The notes under the pieces are model-generated. The model ran no database searches. It had not been told where the DNA came from and was given only the letters and a program-made list of their open reading frames with translations. DNA of 64,000 nucleotides from Balanoglossus misakiensis. Its lineage: Eukaryota; Animalia; Hemichordata. Both the position numbers and the translations under genes were made by a program. Below, in pieces: positions 24,101 through 37,260 of this stretch. Positions within the stretch are counted from its first letter, which is position 1, and each line of letters begins with the position of its first letter. The stretch is from the NCBI GenBank assembly GCA_040954595.2, contig CM082584.2, forward strand, positions 9,195,061-9,259,060. The letters are read 5' to 3'.

Positions 24101-27100
24101 TCAACTGTGAATCAGTATTTGATCTGTACTTTTGAAACTCTGTCTGCAACCCAAGAAGTTGTTCCTGTGTCACCATCAACTCCTACAGTACACAAAAATA
24201 AAGTCAAAAAGTCAAAATACAATACTCCCAAGTACGCAATAGGCTATACACCCCCATTCATGTTAAAGCTCAATATTTTTGACAAACAGCCTAAAGAAAA
24301 GACAAAATCCAAAAGGATCTTCTACAATTTTCAACAAAGAAACAACAGGTGAGTCATAGCAACTTACAGATGTAAGTGCATCCGTCAATTCTCTGTGTTC
24401 CAGTAAATCTTTCTGCATTTCTGTAGTCTTCTTGGTTTCACTTTGGAGCAGTTTTTCACTCTGTGGAAATGAAAAATGAAGTTAGTTTATTCCAAGATTG
24501 TATATACGTGACCCACTTACTGATTGGGCTCTTACATGCCCAGTCACTCTGAAATCCCAGATTTCCCACAAGCTTGTCATGCGTTTTTTTGAGAACATGA
24601 TGCAGTTATCCAGCAGATTATTTCACAACAATTAACATTTTAAGACAGGTCGCTGAATCATCTTTCAAGGGCTTCCTGAAAGTGGTCATAAATTCATTCT
24701 TTCCATGAGTATACAAACACTAGAGATGTTGGGATTTTAATACTTAAAATGATGGAACCACATGGGAAAAATTGTCTCATGAAATTGAACAGTTTCTATG
24801 AAACAAGACAGTGTTTTTAATTTGAATGAAAATGAAATACCCACACGAGCCTCATAAGCAGCTTAAAGTAGGCACTCAGGGTGAAGATAAATAAATAAAG
24901 ACTTTTGTTTGCCATAAATAAATTTGAATCATAAGCCTCAATTGAAAGATGTTTGCTCATAATTCTTCTTGATATACATGAAGAATTCATAGGGCGAACA
25001 ACTTCCTTGCAATATTTACAAAACTTCGCTGGGTACGTTCAATGAAGTCTCTAAAGAACTATTTTGCATGGGGCTGATGGAAATTTATGAAGTTTCAAAG
25101 GGACCATGCATGTACTTGTATGATGCATGAGATGACTTTAGAGGTCACAGCGCCCTCGGTGTCAAAAGTATGATGCATGAAGTGCTGCAAACCTTTTTGA
25201 GGTATTGAACAAGTCTAGTGATTGTGTCCAGTAGAGAAGCAGTGTAGCCACCAAGTCCACCTGTGTCTTTGGTTGGCTTTGGTGCACTTTGATGACCTGC
25301 CATCTTTTCATATTCCTCAACTTCCTGCTCCAACCCACACATCACCTGCAAAACGAGACGACATACTTAATATTAGAACCTGGCTAACAAGATTGAGTTC
25401 TTATGCAGGGCACAATTCAGGTAATTTATACTTACCATATTAGTAACCGGCAAAACACATAAAGCAGACACTGTGATTGCATGGATCATGCATGACTACA
25501 TTCAAATTTGAATAAGAAATACGAGTAGAAAAAGAAAATATATCATTTACAAACACTTTTGTCTTTTTGAACCATGATTTTTAGCATTAAAATTGGAGGA
25601 ATTCAACCAGAAAATCCCTTACTCGTAGCCACATTTTAACATGCAATTTAAATAGGAGTATCTTGGGAATCTGTGCTTGTGGAAAGCGGCAAATTGCCAC
25701 AGCTGATATCTAGGGACTTAGCACTATTAGAAATACATGACTGTATTATCAATGTGTGATAGAGTTGATGTTCAGCCATTCAATTCATGCTGGGTTCAAT
25801 ACCCTTCATGTCAAGTAGCTGGTGTCACTAAAACAAGATTTAATTTTCCTCCTCTTTTACAACTTATGTCTGTTTTGAGTTCAAAAGAAAACTCACCCGT
25901 TTCAATCCGTCAACATCAGATATGGATGAGATGTTTGGTTCTTCATCTACAGTCACAGTTCTTTTCTTAGTTTTTCTGACTTTAATGGTATCATTGATTG
26001 CAAGTCCTTTGGGTGTCTCATCTAGAAGATGACGATTAAAAAAACAATGATTTGTAAATTAGCAGCGTACAACTGTCAATTAACAGTTGTAAAACACTTT
26101 CAAGCTTCACATGTGTAAGAAACTGTTCTATGGTCATGTATTACAGGTATTAATCAGAGCCCTGCTGGATACAAACCAATGACATTACACATAGCTGGAT
26201 TGGTGAGTTAGTATTCACTGCACGAACAGTAACACCCACACTATCTTTCTCTTCCGTCATGGATACGTAAAAGATGGCAGATTTATTGTATTTACATGTT
26301 CCCCAGCAGGTTATAAGTACAAATGTTGGAGGATACAAGCATACTCAATCGTGTGATAAAACCGTACCTTCTGGGATTACCTGTCCATGTTCAGGTGTCA
26401 TCAAGATGTCACTAATGCCACCTAATAGGGAAAATAATGAAACTGAATGAGATACAATCAAAACAAATCCCGGTATGCAACCATGTAATATCTGATCTCA
26501 GGGGCTTCAAAGTACACATGGATGTCAAATATCTTCTGCGTTGATTGTGCACAGAAATAACCAGAATTATGCTTAATCATTCTATATCTCTCTGAAGAGG
26601 TCAATGATATGTGTGTACTTACTAAGTTGACCAGGGTTTGAAGTCTCCTTTTCTGGTTCCATTTGTAAACTACTTGGAGTTTCTTCGTCATCTGGTAAGA
26701 AGCAAAGTTTTGGAAAAGCTCATGATTCAATTAAAATTAGATATTTTCATCAGTAGATGATTAACAATTACAAGATATCATTCAAAATCTTATACAAAAT
26801 GTACATGTACCTACCATCAGTTTCAGAATCTTCTGTCATTTCATTTAGGATTGGTGGATCAGGTTTTTCATTCTTGTTTGGTATTTCTGTCGACTGGCTT
26901 AGAGACAACATGGATCTAAAGGGTACAATTTGTAGTTTTATTAAAGGTTAAAAATTATGAAGAATAAAACACAGTGTGTCTTGTCTTGCAAAATGTCTGG
27001 ATCAAATTTGCACAAGTTTATGCCATCTTACTTGAGATGAGACTGACAGATATTTTTATCGTCACTGCTCAAACAAGCTAACCATCAGATCTCATACCTC

Positions 27101-28267
27101 TGAAAACCATAACCAATACAACATATAGAACAACTAATTAATATTTTATTATACATGTCAGATATCTTAACCTCACCTGTCAATTTGAGTTTGTTGTCCT
27201 GGTGCAAAAGTCACATTGGGCAATCCTGTGTAACGTTTTGGGTCGTCTCCAAACAAATCTTTTACAACAGACATCACCCTGTCTGTGTGAGACAGCACAT
27301 CTTGTAGTTCATCTCCGTCATACAACATTTCTCTCAGGACAGCAGTTCTGACACTTTCTTCACTCTGGGGAGTCTTTCTCAAAGCTACAAGTATTTAGAA
27401 GGAAAATAATGTGGCATGAAAATTTATTCATACTTGGGTCATCTTTTGAAGTATCTGCTGTGTACTCATGGTAGGGTGATTGGAAATACAATTCTGCAAA
27501 TCTTCCCTTTTTAAAAGAAACGTGTATTAAGCTTTCAAAATACAGTATTCATTGAAACTGTAAATAAATGGTCACATTTGATGTGTGACTTAGAGAGCAT
27601 CAGATGTTACCTTTGGCTAAGGCTTTCTGCTGTTTTTCTAACTTCACACTTGAAATGTTACTGGATTGATGTATTACGTGGCGACGTTCCTAAAATAAAA
27701 AAATATAAAGTAATAATGACATTGTGATATTAGTGTCTTGTATATCAAGGCACTGTCAAGTCATGTAAAAATGTACATGTAGCAGTATAGTGAAAACAAA
27801 ATGTGCATTCTTTTAAGATTATTTGACTTACCAATTCATACTTGGATAGTTTATGGACACTCAAATCTTGATTTGTATCCTGTAAGTAAATCATAGTGTG
27901 CTTTTTCAACTTTATATTCCTAAGAACAAGATGGTGTCTAATTGTGTTTTCCATAGATCATGAATGTGCATAGATGCCATCTTGTTCTTGGGAATGTCAA
28001 ACTGTTAAATTGTACATATCTAATCACTAATGTTTTGTCAGCCAATCACTAATCAGTGTTCAATTTCCATTCATATATCATTGGCAAACTTTTATGAGAC
28101 ACAGGCCCTGGGTTGGTATGGTAACTCCTTCACTAAAGTTAAAATATTGCTAACTATTGAAGTTTGAAACTTACATCCCAAGCTGGGGACTTCTTGCTCC
28201 TTTTCTTTATCTTTCCGGAAGCTGAACACCCAGTTTGCTTTGATCCTTGAACACGTACAAATGACAT
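21113..28267 (-). CDS. SPICE1: Spindle and centriole-associated protein 1 (about 689 aa)
   Basis: Minus-strand exons 28267-28175, 27879-27832, 27689-27611, 27384-27177, 26915-26815, 26691-26623, 26421-26368, 26021-25897, 25345-25193, 24460-24368, 24182-24090, 23985-23748, 23089-22928, 22812-22576, 22357-22162, 22009-21940, 21163-21113, all phase-consistent. Recognisable segments: N-terminus MSFVRV...WDDTNQDLSVHK...RRHVIHQS, TGLPNVTFAP, EVEEYEK...GLGGYTASL...RLVQYLK, HRELTDALTSE, LLSPPRQ, and C-terminus FFALSSHMSQ, matching my recall of human SPICE1 (MSFVRV...WFALSTHVS). Confidence 0.92.
21172..21260. repeat. Degenerate (AAAT)n low-complexity tract, which is the polypyrimidine side of the last SPICE1 intron
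   Basis: Run of AAAT/AAAC units immediately next to the acceptor at 21164-21166 on the minus strand. Confidence 0.7.
21541..21559. repeat. Poly-G homopolymer (19 nt)
   Basis: Read directly from the sequence. Confidence 0.9.
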
Positions 28268-28576
28268 GATGTCGTGTGTTGTCGTCTCCTTCCTGTGAGG
28301 GTTTTAAGAAAATAAAAAGGTTTACGGCAGCCGTATGCAATCTTCTAAGGCGTGCTGCACGTTTGACAACCTGCATGTATTGTGGCTTTGCGATACGAGC
28401 GTGTTGTTACACGATAAACAGCAAACGTTAGTGTTTGTTGCTATAACCCACTTCCGGTATCACAACCCCAGAAGCTATCGACTTCAGAGTTTTCACGACG
28501 GGACACATTATAATGTTTCTTGTCTGGTTCAGGAAACTGAATATGAAGCTCAGTGCTTATCAAACCAAAGACTTAC

Positions 28577-28916
28577 CTCTGTTATCGTTTCTTTAATGTT
28601 TTTCAGTCAAATTTGAATGAAGAACCTGGAACGAAATGCACAGGCGACGACCTTAGAAATGCAAATCTCGCGCCATGTTGGTTTGGCCGATTAACCCGCG
28701 GAATAATACTTATGTTTTTGTTAGAAGATCGCCACTATCGCTTTAAGAAATCATATATTATGAAAAATAATAACATCATTTACTCCAAAATTATTTTAGA
28801 ATATAAAATAAGTAGAGTTCTTTATTTTTTGATAGAAAGTGCTTTCGAAGTAATTCCGCGGACGACTATGAGGCGTGAAGTGGCAGCCTCGATGTGACTG
28901 AATGACAACAAACAAG
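28577..28916. promoter_or_regulatory. Probable bidirectional promoter with non-coding first exons of SPICE1 (-) and CCDC152 (+)
   Basis: Minus-strand donor AGAG|GTAAGT at 28577/28576 and plus-strand donor CAAG|GTGA at 28916/28917 face away from each other. A YY1-like CAACATGGCG lies on the minus strand at 28671-28680, and local CpG density is higher. Confidence 0.6.
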
Positions 28917-29138
28917 GTGACATAGGTCATGTCAGGACAAGTTTGAACAGATCTTCATAGAAAGTTAGATCTTTTAGGTTTGTTGAACTTGTGATGCTTG
29001 TGATTGGGAATCAGTATGTGAAGGAAGTTAATGCCCCCTTAGAAAAAGTTATGCGAGTGATTTTATTTTTGAAAACTGCATGATGTGCATGTGTTTATAT
29101 CATATAAGTTTCGGACAGTGGGATAGGCTACAGGTTAA

Positions 29139-29170
29139 CCCCCCCCCCCCCCCCACACACACACACACAC
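29139..29170. repeat. Poly-C run followed by (CA)n microsatellite
   Basis: Read directly from the sequence. Confidence 0.85.
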
Positions 29171-29709
29171 ATGACTATCCATGAAGTTGCACGCATTAAA
29201 CTTTGTATTTTATTTCCATATACTACTTTTTATCCGTTTTGGAATTGTCATAAGTAAAAAAATGTCTGAGACCATCTATTCGTGAACCGTATCATTGAAC
29301 GTCAGACTCAGGTGTGTTGAAAAACAATCTTGGAGTTAAACACTTGTACAAGTTCATTTCAAGCTTTTAGTTTAACTTCAATGAAATATTTCCGAGGTTG
29401 ATCATGAAACAGAAATCTTGCAAGTTGCAGTTTTATTGTTTTGCGCGAGGGTAAAATCACTCGGGCACATGATTTAGGAATCGGTAACAATTGCGCTCTC
29501 TGAAATTGGAATTAATCGCAATGGAAAGCCTGGTAAAATTTGATCATATCTACTGAGTAAAATCTACTGTAACTTGTACATGTGTAAGGCCAGGTGTTTG
29601 TTTCGGTTCAGGGTTTCGGTTATATACAATGATAACTGCCCATTCTTTTCTGAATAAAAATAAGTTACGTTACAATAACAGTAACAAGTTGGTATTTTTC
29701 TTCCACAGA

Positions 29710-32700
29710 ATGACGGAAAATATCCAAATCAGTGGACAACAGGTTCACCTTGACAGTTTGCTGCAAGATTTTGCAGTATGGCAACAGGTTTGGCTACTTT
29801 TCTTTCCAGGAACCCATTTGATTTGATTGTTATGCCCTGAATTTCACGTTCAGTTTTGACTTTCGACCCCAGGCAGAAGTGTCCCCTGAATGTAAAATGC
29901 TAGATTAAACACTGAACCTTGATTCATGTCTTGTTAGTAACTGCTGGGATATACATCATCTGCAGTAATCATACCATAAGGGTATTTCCATCAATATCTT
30001 TCGACTTAATATATTAATGAAAATATTTACAGGTGCCTTAGAAGACTATCTGCTACCAGAAGTGTGATTAGCACTTTAATATGATGATTTTATATGGCTT
30101 GTCCAGGTAGAAATATTGCCTATCAATAAAAGTAATAAATTACTAGCCTGTAAACGTTTGTTGATAAGTCAATCAACTTTGTTTTGATGACCAGAACATG
30201 AACTTACCAGGTTCAACTTGCGGTCAACAAGTACATGCAACACTTCCATAGTCAATTTGCATGTTAAAAGGATGATAGCGGCAATCTGGTTGAAGTATAG
30301 ATAAGCACTGCAGGATGTGAGATTTGATGGAAAGTTGAGATTGACTTTGTATGAATATGTAATTAAAACCAGCTTGACAAAAACAAATCCAGGCAGGATT
30401 TTGATTTAAATTAATCACCTCCACATCTGACTATACCGTACTATATTTAGCTCCACTGTCAGCTACATGGAGCTTTTCAGATAGGGTGATTGTTCGTAGT
30501 TGTCTGTCGTCTGTCGATTAGTGTTTAATTTGTCCTCTTCTCTAAAACCACTCATCCGAATGCTTTGTTATTTTGGTAAAATAAAGTCTTCACTGAAACC
30601 AGTTGTCTGCTAACTATGAAATTTGGTGCAGCAGTTACTACAGTATCTTGTTTATGATGCAAATTTAGTGTCACAGTGGAGCTGTATTGGCAATTAGATT
30701 GCTTGTGTATAATTAAAGCTGCATATGATCTTATTTTTAGCATACATGTGATATATGAGATAATGTACCCGTATGAGATCAACTAGAACTGATAAACTAC
30801 ATAGCACACATGAATAAACAAATTCTGACCAAATGAGGCCATAGACATGTGTCCCAGACACTATTTTTCACTTCAAGAGACCGCTCAATCATAATTTTAC
30901 TAACCATCTATTGTCCCATGGGATCTGTGTGACAGTTAAGGAATTTGAGATCTTCCCAGGAGAATGAATCATCCAATATTTGTTGACCGCTGACTTATTG
31001 CTTCAACACATAGGGCATGCTGGTCAAGCTGTATTCATGATTGGACTGCTGAAAACAGCTCTAACTAGTGTAGCTATGATTATACATGTAGTTTAATAAT
31101 ATGCTTCTCTGGATTGTCACTTTACAGGCAACTACTGATTTGTCGTGTGAAAACAACAGCCTTGAACTACAGCTAAGAGTTCTCCAGAAACAACTTCAGT
31201 CCAGCCAAACAAACGAAAAGTTATTAATCCAAGGTAGGAGAAGATATTGACGCTAAATTTCACTGTGCTCTCTTATACAATCTTCAGCATTATATCCATT
31301 TCCAGTGTACCGGTGATGATCATCTTTAATGTCAGTCTTGTGTAATTTATTTATTTTCTCCTTTTTCATGGATTTCTTGCAGATGTTGAACGTTTACAAG
31401 CTATGGTAGGCACGTTACAAAATACCTTGTCTAAGCGATGTGACATCGAAGGTGATGTAAATTTCAACAAGTCTTTTTCAGTTTGCATCAGAACAGAATA
31501 ATTGCTCACCATTGGGATTACAATGTACATTTAAATTACATAACATTATATTATAAATGCATAAGAAACAACCATATTGCAATTTCAAAGAAAGGATTGT
31601 TTTCGGAACAGAGTAATCAGCATTTCATTCACACTTGGCTAACATAGATGTAAATGACTACCTAGGATCTGTCAGTGCTTAATGAGCATGCAAGATGTGG
31701 AACGCCCAGAATAATAATAAAGTTCACCTCACGATGCTCTGTACGTGCTGGCAATTGTATAAATCGTGGCTCAAATCTCTACGGGTAGTTGTTCTGGTAT
31801 ATTGCACTGATTGACTTAAGGTTTGTTTTGATTTGGAAACACAAAGGCATACTGAATGAAGGGAACCGGATCTGCACAAATGTTAAAATTGATTGCGTAC
31901 AAATATCTAACTCTTTGTCGTGATGAGATACCTTGAAAATTGATGGAGAATCTGTTGAATTTGAATACTGCATGCATGCAGACTTTTGAAATTCTCTGCT
32001 GGGCAGAGTAGCTGAATCCCAGGAGGACAATGCAAGCCACGAAGTCTGCTTTGCGGTCAACAGTTATACGATACAGGTGGAATTGAAAGCTGGCTTGATT
32101 ACTGTATTGATACAGGAGCCAACTAATTCCTATAGGTTGGATGTTTGTCTGGTCACAAAATCAGTACAGTAATGGCTTAATTTGCCAACTGTTATAATTT
32201 GGGGTGGTGTTCAGGTAGTTTTTTTCTTTACACAAAAATACTCAGTTATCAAGGCTCTACTCATATACATGTACCCTGTTTTTTTTCCCCGGGAATACTA
32301 ATGTCAGCATCTGCAAAGTTATTAAACGTTAATGGCACAGAAATTTATTTGTGGATATGTCATAAAAATGGGTCCATTTATATTCTACCCATCCATGCAT
32401 AGTCACGAGTCACGTAAGGTTATGAACAACAGAAATTCACAATTTTCACTGATGAGGTCATTAATCCATATTCGATATATCTGGATTTATTTCTTTATTG
32501 CATACAGTATGATTGTGTAAATAAAATGAATTGGTAGTACAGATATTGTACCTGTTTATTTATAGAAAAATTACTACATGTACTGGTAGTTAAAATTGTT
32601 GTCTTCATCTGTTTTGCCTTATATAACATGTTAACAAAGTAGAACAGAACACTGAGCTGAAGGACAAGTTATCTAAACAGGACGATGAATACAGCAAGAT

Positions 32701-35700
32701 GAAACAGGTTAGACACACGGTACCAACTAAGACCAATTTTAATAGTGAAATTCACTCAATAATGTACAGCATTATGCTGGGTGCAATTCACTTTTACGTC
32801 ACATTAGCTTTTAAATTTATTTTCATTTTCTTTTTTCGTCTTGACTCTTTCTCTTTTGTTTGCTTTTCTACTTGATGAATTTGCATTGTTCTGTTTTTAC
32901 AACATTGCAGTTTCTTTCCTGAATGTTTCATTTTATTTAGTCCATCTTTGAGGGACAGACAGGGACAGTTTATGCATGGTAATACTACAAACATTGCATG
33001 AACTAAAGTAAGGTCGATGATACCAATATCAGAAAACCAATTCATCATACTCTACCTCATCTTTAACCTTTAATCTTTAAGAGAGCATTACGATAGAGCT
33101 GAGCTGTGAAATTTTAACTGTGAGGAACATGGATCTAAATTAACCTAGGCAAAAACAATTACTGTATCACACTTCATATTTTACGATTTCACTAGAAATT
33201 CATGGACTGGTACATTATTTATTATTGATGTTTTAATTTACATTTTAAACTACCTGTTTATTTTATGAAGACTTTCTGTATTAAACTTGGCTAGACTGAT
33301 TTGTGTTTCTGAAACAAACACTAACTACTTGGTCAGAAAGGGGGGAGGGGAAATGTTTGGACTGTAGGCTTGCACAACCTTGTTTGAACAATAGGTCTCA
33401 AAAAAGAGAGAGAGGGGGGGGGAGCAAATATGGATTGGGTTCCACCTGTTTGAAGTGTTTGAACCTCTATAACCCTTACTCTGACACATCTGAATGGATT
33501 TTCATCAACCTCAAACAAGGACAGTACGTGACTTAATACATCTATGCATGCATTAATTTCACAATATTCAATGGTCCTTCCTTGCAGTCATTTTGCTTTC
33601 ATTTTTTATGTCCTCAGCCATTATCTTCATTCAAACTTAATATGTTATGAGATACTCAGGATATTCAATGTGTGTTTAGATATAATTTGTTTGGGCTTCC
33701 AGACATTAAGCCAATAGATTTCCACTAATGCCTTGTGCATGTTTAATGTTTAACATGCAATCATTATAACCACCTCTTTTTGTTTTGAATTATTGAAATA
33801 ACTATTGACTGGTAGAGAATAATATTTTGTCAAAGCCCATGTATAGATACATGTACTTGTCCCAGATGCTCAGGTTTTGATGAATCATTTTCTGAACAGT
33901 ACATAACTGTGTTTCAGTAGCATTTTATGTTCAATTGATGATATTGGTTGACTCTTATTTGCCATATGCCGATGAAGAAGTCATTTACCTCACTTCTGAG
34001 AACTTGTCTTCCCGTAGGAGTACGAGGTTAAGCTCTGCGAGGCCACAGAGAGAATGCAAAAAGTCAAAGAGGAGAGCAGAGAGGTTGCTGAAAGGATCCG
34101 AGAGGAGACAAGAGTGACAGGTAACGGGCAAATAGGGTTTGAGAAGTACAAAGGCAGTCTGATGCACTTAATAACCCACTGTCTGTGACATCAGCACTGT
34201 AGAATTTGATGCATGCATGTCAGGAATTGTCAATCATCGTTCTAGGTGACTGCATGCATGCAGTCTCCTTCCACACTTGTTAGCATTCAAGTTTCATGGG
34301 GTATTAGTGCAATTAACGTCAATAGGCATAAGGATTAGACCAACGTGTGTGTCTACTCTCTGATGTCTGGCTATTCACAGAACTTGTCATTTTCTGTTTA
34401 ATAGCTGAACAGGGCATTGCTACTGTCACAGAACACCTGGCGAGCAAAGATCAAGAAATAAAACAGCTGAATAAAAAACTCTCGGACCTGAAAAAGGAAA
34501 AACACACAGAAATTGTGAAACTTCGCTTACAGGTATGTACACACATGTATAGTGTTCGCAGTTGATTTCCTTTTGTCTACACAATGTAGACAACTTCTGT
34601 AATGCAATGAATCAATGGAGACAGGCTGCTGTCGCAATGAAACTTGAGATGTACTGGTACGTTGGAGCATTCGCAAAAGCATTTACTAAACAAACTCTTA
34701 AGATGTACATGCAGTACATTCAATTTACTTGCAGCATGTATTTTTCTATTAAATGGCATTTCTCATTGAAGATAAAGTGGACACAGAGTTTTTAATGTTT
34801 GGTCAGCTTTTAACCAATTAATACATGTTTCCTGAAATGAGTGTCACTATAAGAAAAATCATGTAGTCTGAATATTGTTTTGCTATTAAACTGAAGAGAT
34901 GGATTAATAGAGAGACTATACATGTACATATTCTAGAAAACTGAATATTCAGTAGACTGGCATGAAATCGGGCACAATGTTCCTGGACACAGTACAGATA
35001 CAATGAGACGTAATTAAGTGCTGATACTCTGGCAACTACCAGAAAATACTATTGTGTGAATTTTGAAACATTATCATATTTTCAACCATTTTTACAGTAT
35101 GATGCTAAATTGCTGTCACTTCAAAAGCAGAATCAGAAATCAGCTCAGCAGAAGGGCCAGGCAGGCATTGCAAATCAGGAGATCTTCAGGAAGGTAAATA
35201 CATCTCCATGGATACCATTTCATTTTACTTAATTTCTTTGTATGAGTGGACTAGATGGTTTTCCTACAACTGTACCTTCATAAAATGTCATTGCATTTTA
35301 GGTAATCCTGTCAACTGTACCATAGAAAACGCTGGTTAAATTTGCATATGTGATCGTATATCTTTAAAAAATTGTAGAAAAACAAGACTAATGCACTCAA
35401 TTTCTACCCTGCTATGTTCAGCATGGCAAGAGTTTAAAAATACTCTGCCATACGCTGCTTTTACCATTGTGCTGCTTTTATAAAAATAGTGTCAAGATTT
35501 GCTTTGTGAAATGCCAAAAGGGCATATAAAAATAGCAGTTTGACTGACTGTGGAGAATGAAAATGATATCTTTAGATTAATTATTCATTAGTTGTCATAC
35601 TCCACAGAGAGGTGGCCACTAACACGTTTATGCTGATGACTTTGTCCACGTTAATAACCACGTCACCTTTGATTTCACAGAAGTGGCAACACATGAAAGC

Positions 35701-35800
35701 AGAATCTGAAAGAGAAATAACTTCCCTGAAGAAAACCATCGCGGAACTCCAGAAGAAAGTCGAGATGCAGGGACCACAACCTAAAAGAAGAAAGTTTTAA
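29710..35800 (+). CDS. CCDC152: Coiled-coil domain-containing protein 152 (254 aa)
   Basis: Exons 29710-29787, 31128-31233, 31383-31451, 32643-32707, 34018-34120, 34405-34532, 35098-35193, 35681-35800 (765 nt, phase-consistent). Segments VHLDSLLQDF, KKEKHTEIVKLRLQYDAKL, QEIFRKKWQHMKAESEREITSLKKTIAEL and the terminal KRRKF match my recall of human CCDC152 (VNLDKLINDF, EKQNEIIKLQLEFDAKL, KRRRF). Confidence 0.88.
30446..30640 (+). mobile_element. Non-autonomous interspersed element (Helentron-associated/pearl-like), copy 2
   Basis: Begins TTTAGCTCCACTGTC...GGAGCTTTTCAGATAGGGTGATTGT, followed by TGTC/CGTC tetramers. It shares about 50 nt with 10735-10808. The right boundary is approximate. Confidence 0.6.
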
Positions 35801-36514
35801 GAGTTTTGTCTCGCTTTCGTCTCATTTGCAAAACACATTCTGTAGAAGTTTGACCTTCCATGGCATGTACAAAGTGCTCCAATCGCAATAAGTATGATGC
35901 ATGAATTGGCCATTGTATTAGGATATAAACTTCGTTAAACAATTAATAGGTCGTTTGTCAGAAATTGCTGTAAGGTTATCATCTCAAATGTTAAACCTCT
36001 TTGCAGATACATGTACATTTTCTTTGTTCAACTTATATTCACTTTAGACCAGAATTATCCAAAGTAGGATAGAATAAACCAGTTCATCTGGGAGTATATC
36101 CCAGAAATAAAATGCAATTCTCAACTCCTTGCTTGATATCAGGCCCTGACGTAAATGTTTTGTGAAATCGCACTCCTTGGCACCATAAACATTTCAGATG
36201 GTACAAACACTGGGCACTGTCCAAACTGTGCAGCACAAGAAGGCAACCTCACAATAAAGAAAACTGATTTGATGGGATCACCCTGAAAGCATGATTGTAG
36301 CTTCTGTGACATCAAAACCAATTCCCAGTTTCATTTTCCGGTTTTACAGAGGGTGATATTAAAATAACAATCACTGATTGATTAGTGATAGTTGAATGAT
36401 ATCGATTGAAGCGTGCAATAGTTTCAGACCCAAGTTTGAATAAAATCAGTCATGTCTGGTTAATGGCTGGGGACAGATGCACGGACGGATGGAGCCTAAA
36501 CCATTAGTCCCCAC

Positions 36515-36670
36515 GCACACTCGACCTCTATATTGACTTTTGCAAGCAAGCTCACTCGTAATAAACATTAAATACAGCTGGCACAATATCTCTAAAGCTG
36601 AATATAAGGCCTTGCATGACCGATCTCACAATGATATCATCATCATTAAACCAGTTGATAACGGTATTAG
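36515..36670 (+). pseudogene. Degenerate Penelope-like retroelement fragment (region N-terminal to the reverse transcriptase)
   Basis: TLDLYIDFCKQ, then a frameshift, then HNISKAEYKALHDRSHNDIIIIKPVDNG. This resembles the Penelope-like element motif N(L/I)SxxExxALxxLxxxxxIxIKPADKG. Confidence 0.55.
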
Positions 36671-36969
36671 GGTGGGGGCTAGATATTTCACGCCTCTGCT
36701 GGGTCTTTGGATTAACTACATAAAAAGATAGTCCGGGATGAACTGCTATATGTACGGATCAGAATTCATTCATCGACTATGTCCAATACTATAACAAGAA
36801 GCAAATTTAATCGTCCCTTTGATTTCTTTCGATTGATACATTTGTCGCTGCATTGTTAACACTGCTGATATTAATGAAGAGGGGGGATCAAATAAGATAG
36901 TATTGATTTAGTTTAATTTGATTTAATTTAACTTTATTGGCATCGTTCAGTCAAATAAGAGTCTAATTA

Positions 36970-37040
36970 CGCGTTCATTCATCCATTTGTTCTTTCGTTC
37001 ATTCATTCATCCATCCGTTCGTTTGTTCATTCATTCATTG
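36970..37040. repeat. Degenerate (TTCA)n microsatellite
   Basis: Repeated TTCA/TCCA/TTCG units. Confidence 0.7.
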
Positions 37041-37260
37041 TTGACAGTATTCACAGTTTGATCTTTTTTTTGTTTGCTGCTACCACGTGACATCTGCACA
37101 GCCTAGTACATCAGCATGCGTCACCGTACATGTATATCGGAGCGTAGGCCTGCTCAACACAATGAGCATAATGTGGCCACTTCCCAATCCATGCGCAACC
37201 GTCACGTGATGCCTGCTTTATTTTAAACGCAATGAAGGGAGACGGCGTTCGCATTTTACA

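Noticed and set aside
35801-37260. Looked for a selenoprotein P gene next to CCDC152, as in vertebrates
   Set aside because: No UxxC-type motif, in-frame TGA cluster or convincing SECIS-like element was seen; the interval holds repeat relics.
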